Shown: positions 45,656 to 57,605 of the stretch, piece by piece
How positions within the stretch are numbered: the stretch's first letter is position 1
Layout: each line of letters begins with the position of its first letter
Assembly (NCBI RefSeq): GCF_964204865.1
Contig: NC_135256.1
Coordinates: 6,076,001 to 6,140,000, forward strand
Reading direction: 5' to 3'
DNA: 64,000 nucleotides
Origin: Styela clava
Taxonomy: Eukaryota
Translations under genes and position numbers: made by a program
The notes under the pieces: generated by a model
Databases searched by the model: none
The model's input: only the letters and a program-made list of their open reading frames with translations
Told to the model about the DNA's origin: nothing

Positions 45656-46845
45656 TCCAATCTTTAGTTGAATTTTATAAGGCCTTCCGCTCCTTGTCTC
45701 CGAATTAGGCTTTTCTACAAGCGGAAAGGAAAAAATATCATACCACCAAAGGGAACTTTTCTTCTCAGAAAAGAAAGACTAATAGCGGTTGTTAATATAC
45801 ATAACAAAAAATAAACGCATATACGTCTTCTATCTCGTCCCATATGGTTATCTCCTAAATATATGCCTTCTACAAGCAGATAGTCAAATGTAAACTAGTT
45901 GTTGTTTGTTATCGCTCCGGGTTGGACTTGTATTACTTATATTATACACAATCTACAGTGATGGATATAAGCTTAACATGGATGGAACGTTGGAACAAAT
46001 TACAATGACAACATATTCAAATCAATGCGATAACCTAAAGATTAGGATATTGAGTCCACAAATTAAATAATGAAAACCTTTTGAAAAGGATATAATCTGA
46101 GAGATGACAGATAAAGTGCGGCTTCTGATAGAATAATATTTAAAAAGTTGGGTCTCAGCTTGTCAGGTTTAATTTAATTAAGCGTTCAATATAATAACGA
46201 GGGAAAATAACATTCTAAAACACGAGTTTTGCTGTAATAAAAGATCGTAAATTTGCAGATGTGTATAAAAAATGTTTGTCTTATGCAATAAAATTTTCCC
46301 ATGTTTTTTTTGTCATAAACTTAGTTGTTTGCGAAGGGTTACACTGTAAAATTTCTGTGTATGTTCTTCCAATGCCGCTATGGGTTAGATACAACAAACC
46401 ACAGAATACGTTTGTTACGAGTACCAACTATTCCTTGAGCTAACTATTAAATTTTAAATGTGTATTTGTTAAGTCATAAATAACTTTGGAGTGGCTGAAT
46501 GTGACGTCATATAGCAATATTAAAGTGATTTACTTGTGTGACCAAGAAGGCTTGACGTAATCTTTTCACTCATTTCATGAGAAACCTGATTAATTTATTC
46601 TATTTCGTCGTTTTATTGCAGCTTTATAATGCGTCTAGTGTGTATGGTTGGAACTCGGGAGGCTTACAGACCCATTTCAAATATGAAAGATGGTTAAGTA
46701 TAGATTTAAACCAGTTTAAAAAATACAAAAAAGATATATCTTCTTATGTCTCATAACTTCTACACGAGTCGAATTCTAACCGTTTGCCTTGGCAATGAAA
46801 TTTCGCATTTTTGTATTCAGGAGTTGTAATGGCTTTACTCTAGCA

Positions 46846-47374
46846 CAGTGGTTCCCAAACTGGGGTCCGCGGACCTTTTGGGGTCCGTGAGGCACTTTCG
46901 GAGGGTCCGCGAAACAAATCTGTAATATGACTCATAGCTCGATAATTATAATACAAAAATTAAGTGCTTAAATTTACAAATACACATTTGTCGCCTTTTT
47001 CTGCTTCGTAATCACCGTTGGAGACACTGATTCGTCACTTTCTGTTTCGATCACACTGCCTCATTGTGATGTCACATAGCTGTGTGCTTGTGATATCACA
47101 GAGAGAGTTCAATTCATGTTTCCACGAGTTTGCTAACTGCAGGGCTGTAGGTGTTGTTGCCCTTTCGTACGTTTACCAAATATCGGAACAGACTGGATGT
47201 CACACATGTCATAAGAGTTGCGCTTTATATTCTTTTGTTCGTTTCACTTCACGGCGCATTGATTTTTTGTTGTAATCTTTTAATGTTTTGTTTCAGTGCG
47301 CAGGGCCGGGAATCATTCAAAAAATTGCAAGGGGTCCGTCATGGAATTTTTTTCAAAAAGTTTGGGAACCACTG
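46846..47374. mobile_element. hAT-like MITE (~530 bp)
   Basis: TIR CAGTGGTTCCCAAAC / GTTTGGGAACCACTG; subterminal GGGGTCCG repeats. Confidence 0.8.
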
Positions 47375-48164
47375 CTGAGTCTAGCAGCTCTCACTGCGTC
47401 TATAAGATTTTTTAATTATTTTTTCGGTACTTTTTCTGTTAAGTGCTTCAACTATCCTTGTCATTATTTTGTCATTGAGAAGTAATCAGTCTCCATCGCA
47501 ATCAATGCTTTTAGAAACAGAAAGTTTGTTCATTGGGGAAATAATTCAGTTGAAGTGGACTCTTCAGGTAAAACGGAGAATGTTTAAGTAAGTGAAGGAC
47601 AGGACGATGCTGTTAAAAATAGAATAAAATTGATGGAATATCGAGATATTTAATATTACGAAACAGCGGACTTGTATTTTGTAGGGTTATCAATAATTAT
47701 TGTTCTTAATTACTGCTTTGTGTATTCACGGCCACTTTTTGCACATATTATCTTTCGTGATTCAAATTAACTACAAGATTTTGATATTTTTTGCCGAATT
47801 TTCAACATTATTTATTGAATTTCTCCAAACCGGAAGAGTATTTATTGTAGATACCGTATTTTTAGGGCCTTATCACGCATGATCACCGTGTGGCCAAGTA
47901 TATTAACCTAAATGATGGCAAATAAAAAAGTTTATCAGTAAGTACTTTAAATTCTTAAGAGTTTCAATCGAAACGGTAACTTATGAAAAGTCATTATCTT
48001 TTGTGAGTGACGATGGGTCAAGAATGAAGAACCGCGCCAAAAGTTAAACCGCTTTTTAGAATCAATTGATAAATTTGAGCCGCTGTTGAAAACAGTGAAA
48101 GCAAGGATATTTATGGATTATGGAGGGGGGGGGGAATCCGATACGTAATCTTCATGGCATACCG

Positions 48165-48310
48165 ATAGGATATTAGATTCACATATTTATACCGGGGCGA
48201 GGAAAACCGATAGGACGGCTTAATCATTTGGCGAACCATGGCTTCTCGTCCGGTTACCAGTCCATGTCGGGTTAGTTAGCCAGTTATTTGTTTCAGGTGC
48301 ACGGGCATGA
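48165..48310 (-). mobile_element. SINE 3' fragment
   Basis: Reverse-complement match to the SINE 3' half. Confidence 0.6.
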
Positions 48311-49219
48311 TTATTGACTTGCGTAACAAATGAATGAATCGCGGAATCCACAACAAATTTCAAATCTTTACATTCTTTAACCCAGTTTAAATACCATCCA
48401 TTATTCTATTGAGTGAGTTCTCGTGACTGGTTCCATAATTCAGGCTTAATTAAATAGAAGTTACTGGAATTGATAAAGTATGAAGCGACATCGGGTAAAT
48501 ATAACCCGAGCAATTGAATAAAACATTCGCGAGACGTGATTTTATCTAACTCGGGCCATATATTTCAAAGTGTTTATTTGAAGTGATTTTTTGAAATTTC
48601 TATTGAAATGAAAGTTCATTGATAGTTAAATAGATATTCTATTCAGATGAGTTATTATTAGACGAGTACGGATTCCTTCCCAAGTTTGAAAATATTGTCT
48701 TTTTTATAATAGCAGAGTATAGGACATCGGGCGTTCCAGTTCTTACATCACTCTAAACGTGACTCCAATTAAATTGCGAATATATATCTGCTGTTTAAAC
48801 TAAAAAAAATTGCAATCTGATAAAGCATATTTATTTTCAATTTGTGATGGTACCCGCCATTCCCTGCCATATCCGATATTTCACAACCTAAAAATAAATG
48901 AAAGCAACCTTCTCGAATTAACATATTAAATAACACAAACAATATCTGGTTATAAAACAAATTATTGTTCATTTTAATAAATACATAACATATCACAATG
49001 AGTAAAAAATTCGTAGTATTAGATAATTAAAATAATGATTTATGAATTATAATATCATATATATAAATCCCGGGGTGAGCATTGGGACACGCAGAGATTC
49101 ATGTAAGTGTGCAATAATAAAAGAGTAAACATTGTGTATTCCATTCTTATGTTACTGTGTATATATGATGTCGCGTCTCCTATAAATTTTGGGGACGGTA
49201 TCGGATATAATAATTTAAG

Positions 49220-49345
49220 TATATCAGCTATTTGGTACTAAGGTATTGTGTGTTGAACTACTAGTCCTTTCTCCTTAATTCCTATATTTCGGATTAGTAT
49301 GTGTCAGTTGCCACAAGGATGCTTGAACGAGATGGTATTAGAAAG
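49220..49345 (+). repeat. Unclassified dispersed repeat (also ~60115-60215 and 61275-61402)
   Basis: GTACTAAGGTATTGTG...GTCAGTTGCCACA...GATGCTT.AACGAGAT.GTATT shared by three copies. Confidence 0.65.
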
Positions 49346-50095
49346 AGAAACAAGAATAGCATAGCCTATTCCCACGAATATTTGCTGTTTGATTGGGCCA
49401 TATCTTGTTTTTGTTTGAAGAAGATAGGACTATGATCTAACGAAATCTCACAAATACAATTTAATATTTCGTGATGAGAGATTCTGCTATTATTCATAAA
49501 AGACTAATTAATTTTCTTTTGAACTTGTATAATTGGGGTCGGTGTGTGCAAATTACTGTTTATTGCTCTTTCTCCGTTTATAAACAAAGATGATAAAGGT
49601 TATTACCGTTATTACGTCGTGCTATTCTTTATTGCAGCAATAGTTGAAATATGCTTGTTTGGAGAAATCCGACTTGGGTCGGTCAAACGTGCTTTTGACT
49701 TAATTGTGCGCAGTTCTTAAACGCAACAAAATACATGTTGTCGAAACTATAATACCGGCGTCGAGTTTATAATATTTCACCTTATGTTAAGTATGTAAAG
49801 GTATTCAAGTGCAACTCATAACATGAATAACTCATAATAGAAATAACTAATTGAGCCTTACATCTGTAGCAACCGTGTCATGTTCATGTTCAAGTCGAAG
49901 AAAGAAATCTTTCACCATTTGAAATAATCGACGCGAATCGCTGTTAATTAGCTGATTTGAAGTTCATTAAAAGTTTTGTTCGTGTTTTGGTAAAGTTAAG
50001 AAGTACGATCTTTATAGAATTGTAAGTAAGTTATTGAGTTATGATTTCGTAAATGATTGCCATCGCCGCAGATCCAACTCAATTGCACTTGTTGC

Positions 50096-50298
50096 GGCGC
50101 TCTCGAAGTATGTGTACCAATATGGAAGTAACTAATTTTGTTCGCCTACTTTGCATCAAGTTGTGTGAAGTGACTGTCACCTATGGGCAGGGGGTTTATT
50201 CACTTAGCTAACACAGACAGTCCCCGAACTCATATAATAAAACTGAAATAAGGAAAATCGTAATAACATTATGGCCTGACGCTAACCTGGTACACATG
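50096..50298 (+). mobile_element. Merlin-like MITE
   Basis: Family match, right end incomplete. Confidence 0.72.
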
Positions 50299-50523
50299 CT
50301 AACTTTTGATTTTGTAAATGATCGCCGTAGATGCATAACCGACTCAATTATGTTTGTTGCTCGATTAAAATAAAATTGCATCAAAAATTTGAGAAACTAA
50401 ATACGATATATTAAATTTATTGAAAATGTTCTTCAAAACACGCTTAGAATTGGTGAGTTTGCTTCATCCATGTCTAAACTAGACACAACATATCTCAGAA
50501 AATATTTCTTCACCAAAAGTAAG

Positions 50524-50747
50524 GGTACTCGTGTGGTATGCGAACCAAGATGGCGGACACCGGAACGTAGTATGTGTACCAGGTTAGGGTTAGGCCATAA
50601 TTTTATTCCAATTTTCCTTATTTTAGTTTTATTACGAGTTCGGGGACTAGTCAAGTATCTGTACCTGAAATTACGGCCTAACCCTATCCTGGTACACATA
50701 CTACGTCCGAGTGTCCGCCATCTTGGTCCCATTACTACGGGAGTATC
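50524..50747. mobile_element. Merlin-like MITE, long palindromic form
   Basis: TSD aaagtaag/gaagtaag; ~75-bp inverted arms. Confidence 0.82.
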
Positions 50748-51351
50748 GAAGTAAGAAATAAAAATAACTTAATGTTATTTCACGAATTAGCAACAAGTAT
50801 ACTTGTAAAATAGTAAAGTAGTAGTACAAGTAAAAGTAATGAGTCAAAAAATATGATGGAATATGTTGAAAATTTCCGAATTAATGAATCAGTAAAATTT
50901 AATTTAAAAATAGTCAGTTCCTTCACTATGTTGGATATTTTTGCTAAAATATTAAACAATATTACCGAATAGTGACTCTGAAATTCATATAATGGTTACT
51001 GAATATGTTTAATAACGTGGATTGTTAGACAGATCTAATAATGTACTGATGGTATTGAAATCAGGGGGCGTGAAGCCTGTAATTAGCTTGAGGTTTTCAA
51101 ATGGTCGCTTTATTCGGGAGTACTCTGTGGCAGATGGCAAGGGATCGGTCGTAGGTTCATTCCATGTCTTGTACGATACAATTTCTAAGCTTTTTCGGGG
51201 ACTTGGATTTTTGATTAACAAGATTCGGTATTTGTACCGGCGACACCAGGGTGCTATATTATGGTAGCGGAGCGAGATTACAATACTTCGTGTGTGATGC
51301 TTTGTTTTAGCAGATCTTGAGTAGGTACCTAAACAGCGTTGTAGAAATGTG

Positions 51352-51565
51352 GGTACTCCCGTAGTGTGTGTACCAGGTTAGGGTCAGGCCATAACTTTTA
51401 TTCCAATTTTCCTTATTTGAGTTCTATTACGAGTATGGTGACTGTCTGTGTTAGCCAAGTGAATATCCCTCTTCCCATATGCTTCAGTCCCTTCACACAA
51501 CTTGATGTAAAATAGGCGAACAAAATTAGTTACCTCCATATTGGTACACACACTTCTGGGGCGCC
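51352..51565 (-). mobile_element. Merlin-like MITE
   Basis: GGTACTCC...GGGGCGCC termini. Confidence 0.8.
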
Positions 51566-52111
51566 AAAAAACACCCCCGCCGCCGTTCAGAATATAAAAT
51601 TGGTTATTATCCAGTTAAATTTTTCATTTATTGATGGAATTCAGCGATGTCAAGATTAGCGAACGCGCAGTTACTTAAAAGTGGCTAGTTCAATCTGCAG
51701 TACTTAAAATATGGCTGAGGTGTTTTTCTGAAATCTCACATTTTTGCATTGGTGGCGTGGGATTTCAACACAGCAGTATTGCTAAAAATTATTTTACTCA
51801 TGAGGTGGACGTAGCTAAAGTCGACAGCGAGTAAGCGAGTTAAGTTGCGTATCTACGTTTTTTGAAACTTTATCAGTGTTTTGTTTTTATAATGTACTTC
51901 GACATCGAAGTCATTTCTATTTTGATATAAAGGTTTATGAAGGGAAAATTCAGTCAGTTTTTATTGAGTCCTTGTTCAGAAATTGAGGTATATCTTTGCT
52001 CTACTTGTGTTCTTGTGTTGTAAGAACCAACATCCAAATACGGGTTTGTGAAGTTTTTGTATCATTAACCGTATACGTTATATTGAAAAACTGTTCTCAA
52101 AATTGAATATA

Positions 52112-52308
52112 TAGGGTATCCATTAAGTCTTAAAAAATTTTAAAATTGCAATTTATCGATACCATCCATATATTGCATTAGCCCTCACAGATTAAGGGAC
52201 AAAGTATTAAATGAAGTAAACGTTCATAAACGAAAAAATGGTTGGGATATATTGAGAACTGACTTCATAACAAAATTGAAATTGTAAAGGGGCCATATGA
52301 ACACCTTG
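52112..52308 (-). mobile_element. Tc1/mariner-like MITE
   Basis: Reverse-complement family match. Confidence 0.7.
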
Positions 52309-52895
52309 TATGTTACAATAACGATAATTTGTGGAGTAAAGGTCGGAAGATATCCATGTGTTGAAAATTAAAAATTAATGGCGCCATAGATGATAGTTCA
52401 ATGTCACTATAATGGTATCTTTGTTTGTCAGTAAGCCGGCCATCAAAAATATGAGTAGACTAAGTGTGTGTTGTGAACTGTCCACAAAAGAGGGATAAAT
52501 GGACAGACATTAACTATAACGCGATATATTGTTGTAAATAAATAGCCACGAGGGTAATAGGCGTTTCGGACTAATAATCCACTTGTTTTGGTCACAATCA
52601 CAATAGCCAGCATCGTTTATTACAAAGCAGTAACTACGGATTATGGGGTATTTCACGCGGTACCAATACCACGGCTTGTGTTTATGGTTTCGTTCATTCA
52701 TCGCCGAATATCACGAGAGCTTATGAAAGAACATCTGCCTGACGATCGCCACTTAGCGACACTTGTGGTCGAAGATGCGACGCTTACTATTCTGCTCTCT
52801 TTTGAAAATTTTCGGTGGTTTATTCCCGAGCTTGAATCAGAGATCAGGTATCGAATAAGTGTGTATTGTGGATGTTTGTATTGAGAACAGAAATA

Positions 52896-53094
52896 CAAGG
52901 TGTCCATAAAGTCCCTTTACAATTTTAATTTTGTTATGAAGTCAGTGCTCAATATATCTTGACCAGTTTTTTTTTCATCAGTAATTGTTCAAGTATTTTT
53001 ACTTCATTTATTCATTTGTGAGGACCAAAACAATATATGGTATTGATAAATTCCCTTCGCAATTCAAAAAAAATTAGGATTTTATGGACACCCA
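52896..53094 (+). mobile_element. Tc1/mariner-like MITE
   Basis: TA|CAAGGTGTCCATAAAG...TTTATGGACACCC. Confidence 0.75.
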
Positions 53095-54602
53095 TATTGT
53101 TGTATGGGGACAGCGAGTTTGGTATTTTAAGTTCCTATTTAGAGAATAAGAATCGCAAAATAGATAGCAAATTGATAAGCCTAAATCACGGCAAAAACCA
53201 AGATAACGATTTTGTTGAGTATACAAAAACGTGGGGTGACGCTTTTTTCAGCCAAAAGGCTTGAAATTCTTGATTTTAAGTTATTACTACTAGAATATAC
53301 TGTCGATTAAGGTTTGTGTTGGGCATTGTTGATTGTTACATAGTTTCATATCCTGACTTGCATACTGACATCCGATCGCCAACGAGGAAATAGAATCCCT
53401 GTCGGAATAATAGTACAGCACTACTGATTATTTTTGCTATAGAACTGTTGAAGCAGTTAAGATCAATGATAGCTCAATATATTATACCTGCTATCGTCGT
53501 TACAAGATTGATTAGATATTTATAAAACCAAACTTTGAAAGAGTTAATTGATATCAGTCAATTAGGGGGTGTAATCTTGTGGTGTGTAGATCATCGAGTG
53601 GGTTTTCTAAAAACGAGATACAATATTTCTCAAATTCAAATAGTAATAGAAACATAAGTATATATAATATCACAATTATCGCTGTTTTGCAAAACAATAT
53701 ATTGTTCAGATTGGGGCGGTTTTATTTTGTCCGATCAGAATTGCGTATAAGTAAAATGGATTTTATCAATTCATGTGATTTATATATTGTAAAGAGTTAG
53801 AACACCTACACTTCACACAAGACTCGAAATTCCTATATGCTCAACGTTATAATAACCAGGCCATGTTGTAAAATGTTTGTTTGTGATCTCCCGATTATGC
53901 CAAGGTAATGGAAAAGACAATCACAAAATCTATAGTTAAAAAATAATTTAACCGGAGGATGTTATCAAAATTTATTGTAGTCTCATACATACTGTATATA
54001 GTTATGTCATTGTTTTATCGGGCCATTTTGCCTACAAATTTTTACGCGAATTTCGTATTATTTACGATAGCTCTCGTTCAATCTACCGTTGGTATTTCAA
54101 GTACCAATAAACGCCGCGTATTGTCTTTTCTATGCTGTAATAAAATTGGTCTAATTTTAGTAGCATTTCAGAGTCAATAATATCCACAGACCCCGGGAGC
54201 TGTCAGTCGGTACAGTGAGTATTGTTAGTATCACAGCACATGACCCGAGAAAGAATTTGTGCATCTGAGTGTATTTAGAATAGTAGATACACATTTTGTC
54301 AAAAGGAAGTCATATTTTAGTCCTGATTATTCGAAAAAAATGTCACACACGGGTCCAATAACCGTAAAAGGTTAGTAATATTAATGAGCTTTTAGATTAG
54401 TCAAAACCTCAAACTTAGGACGCAAGTCAAATAATCTTGTCGTTATATAAATGATAAAAATTACTTTGTGTTTTCATTATCTGTTTTATTGTTAGCTTAT
54501 ATTTGATTTAGAGTCGCTTTATATGTGACAAGTCCTGAAACATACTCTGCTAAATACAACGTAATAAATTATTCCCGTGAGGCCAATAAAAGCTCATTGC
54601 TT

Positions 54603-55165
54603 TAGGATGAGACAGGATTCGCCTATTTATCCCGGAAGAATCGAAAGCCGGGCGCTCCAGAAGTATGTGTACCAATATGGAGGGAACTAATTTTGTTCGC
54701 CTATTTTACATCAAATTGTGTAATAGAACAGAAACATATGGGCAGGGGGTATATTCACTTGGCTAGCATAGACAGTCCCCGAACTTGTAATAGAACCAAA
54801 ATAAAGAAAATCTGAATAAAATTATGGCCTAACCCTAACCTGGTATACATACTTCGAGAGTACCGAAAGTCACTTCGACGGCTTAATCATATGGCGAACC
54901 ACGGTCCTCGTTCGGGGACCAATCCATGTCGGGTATGGGATTAGTTAGTTATTTGCTTTTGAAAGCATGAACTTAAGGGTGGAGGAAGTCGTAACCGACC
55001 AGCGGTTACGTGAACCACCCTATGGCGTACAAGAGTCTAACAATCTTTTCGCATATAATTATCCCCCATTAGATTCGAACCTGCGAACCCTTACAAGGTA
55101 ATCGGGGGTGCGATGGCAGGCGTACTCCTAATGCGCATAGCACGATGCGCCACATCGCCGAGCTG
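54603..55165 (-). mobile_element. Full-length tRNA-derived SINE interrupted by a Merlin-like MITE (54651-54864)
   Basis: Minus strand: A-box-like TGGCGCATCGTG, B box GGTTCGAATC, body as in the other copies. Confidence 0.72.
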
Positions 55166-55602
55166 TAAAATGTCATTGTTTCTTTGATTTCCTAAATAGC
55201 CTATATCAGGGGTGGGCAACCCCTGGCACGCGTGCCAAACTTGGCACGCGAGCCCATTTATTCGGCACGCGAGCGAGGCCTCGAAAACGAGATCATTCTC
55301 CTTCAGATAAAAAATTTTAAGACTCTGAATTATCTGAATAAACTTGGTGTTCGTTTATTCAGAGCCATGGCTATGGTTTATTCGTTATCGTTTGTTAACA
55401 ATCCGTTATTTATTTAAACTCTTTTTGTCCTTTCATGACATGGTGCTACAAAAAAATATATTATGACGTAACAAATGAGTGAGCTCGAGAAATTTTGTCG
55501 AGAAGAGCGCAGCACTCATTTGTCTACAATCTACATTCTTCCATAATATAGTTCGTCTGTGCCACCCTTTTTCTTTATTTCTGCTTGATTTATGAAATTG
55601 TA

Positions 55603-55923
55603 CAGTTTGGCGGTGTTGCGCATCGAGCTAAGCGTTAGGAATACGCTCGCCACCGCACCGATGATTGCCCTGCGTGGGTTCGCATGTTCGAATCCAATGC
55701 GTGGATAGTTACGTGCGAGAAGATTGCTGGACTACTCGCCGTCGCGGGTGGATTTATGGCTTCCTCCATCATCAAGTCCGTGCATATGAAAAACAAATAA
55801 CTGGTTACTAATCCCATACCCGAATTGGACTGGTAACCGGGCAGACGCCGTGGTTTGGCATATATTTAGGTCGTCTTATCGGCTTTTTTCTACCCCGGGA
55901 TAAATATGTAAATCCTATCCTAT
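55603..55923 (+). mobile_element. tRNA-derived SINE, nested
   Basis: A-box-like region, TGTTCGAATCC B box, ATCCTATCCTAT tail. Confidence 0.72.
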
Positions 55924-56209
55924 GTCGGTTAGAGTTACTTGCTAACCTACTGTTATAAACTAATTTCGATGGAAATACACGCGGTTAGGAAAGGGAATAC
56001 AAGAGAGAAGTGCAGAAAACGAGCGATTGCGTCATTGGGATGCCATTCCCGGAAATTTTTCATGTCTCAAAAACTTTGCAACTGCATTCCTCTCCATGAT
56101 TTAATCTACATATACTTGTGATTCTCTGTTCTCAGTTATGGACTTTATTGGGTCTCGTAACAGGAGTAGCCCGAAACATGAAACCAGTTGTACGTGTATT
56201 TATTTAAAG

Positions 56210-56925
56210 CAGGGGTCACCAAACTTTTTTGACCGCGGGCCAGGTATGACTCAAACTGTGTTGAAACAGGCCGGAAAAATATTTTTTTTGAGTGCAATAC
56301 AATGAATTCCCAAAAGTTGGAAAGTCCAATCAATTTATTCAACAATATAAACTCTATATCGCAGAATATAGATCAAGAACGTCTCGAACAACTATCTCAA
56401 TGTTAGCTGTTAACATAACAATTGCTGTCATGAATATCCGCATGTAAGCAGTACAAAAGTTAAAGTGACTTGTACTATTAGCGCAAAATGCACGTTCGAC
56501 GATTATTTTAGCACGAGAAACGTACACGGCAACAGTTTCGCCGAAAGCGCGCGCCACGAGTGTACGGTAAGAGTGCATCATTCGCAGAAACGCTGCGTTC
56601 CGGTATAGAATTTTAGCCTATTTTATCACAGCTATCTCTAGACAATTTTTGATTGCTGCGATTAAACCACAACTCCTAAGAAGAAAAATGGACCTCCAGA
56701 AGTATGTGCACCAAGATGACGCACATACTTCGGGAGCGCCGAAAAAATATTGATTGACACATTTGATCATACCTAAATTTCTGAATCGCGACCAAAAGCT
56801 AACGAATAGCATTCAAAATCGCGAAAACAAGATATTATTTGAAACCACAACTGAAAATTTGGAGCCATTTCTTCATGTTATTGCGGGCCGGATCCGGCCC
56901 GGGGACCGTAGTTTGGTGACCCCTG
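56210..56925. mobile_element. hAT-like MITE, nested; contains a 51-bp Merlin-like MITE at 56690-56740
   Basis: TIR CAGGGGTCACCAAAC / GTTTGGTGACCCCTG. Confidence 0.8.
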
Positions 56926-57109
56926 GTCTAAACGGTACAAGATATAAACCCTACATAAAATCTCTGTTAGCGTTAATGCAGCAGCAGAAGTCTCACTGAC
57001 ATAGATTGAGAAAAGTAATCAAATCTATTTCTCTTGTATAGTGAATATGTCCTCACATGTTCAAAAGGTTTATTATTGTGTAATTTTGCTTGGAAAGTGG
57101 CAAAGCATT

Positions 57110-57605
57110 GTTACTTATCGATCTTAAGATCGGTAAGTATATTGATAGGTATTTGTCTGTATGTATGTCTGTATGTATGTGTGTATGTCTGTCTGTCTGT
57201 TAGATGCACGCGATATCTCACGAAGGCGTGGTTGAATCTGCTCCAAATTTTGCATGTGCATTCATCATATCTCGGACCAGAAGCCTATTGATGTTGGATG
57301 AATTATGTCGTATAATTAGCGAGTTATTAATTAATTAGTGATGAAGAGATCTGGATTTTCACAAATCGAGAGATTTTCGAGACGCGCTGAATGTGTGTGT
57401 GCGTATCAGATGCGCAAGTTTTCACGCTAGTGAGTCAGAGCGAAGGATACACACCGCTAGATCGTATCTCGTGATTAATCTTTGAGCCTTGTCCATATCT
57501 CTCTTGTAACTTTGACGTCGTCGCGATGCGCAAGTTTCCTTCGAGAAATTTTCCACACTATTGAGTCAGAGCGAAGGATACACGCCGCGAGATCGTATCT
57601 CGTTA
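57110..57605 (+). mobile_element. HINE/DINE-1-like element, nested
   Basis: Homologous to 43971-44280; (TATG/TCTG)n microsatellite; duplicated 3' block. Confidence 0.6.

Noticed and set aside
51009-52907. GC-richer short ORFs at 51009-51267 and 52510-52907 as exons or transposase relics
   Set aside because: No recognisable domain or consistent splice chain; a BLASTx search would be needed.
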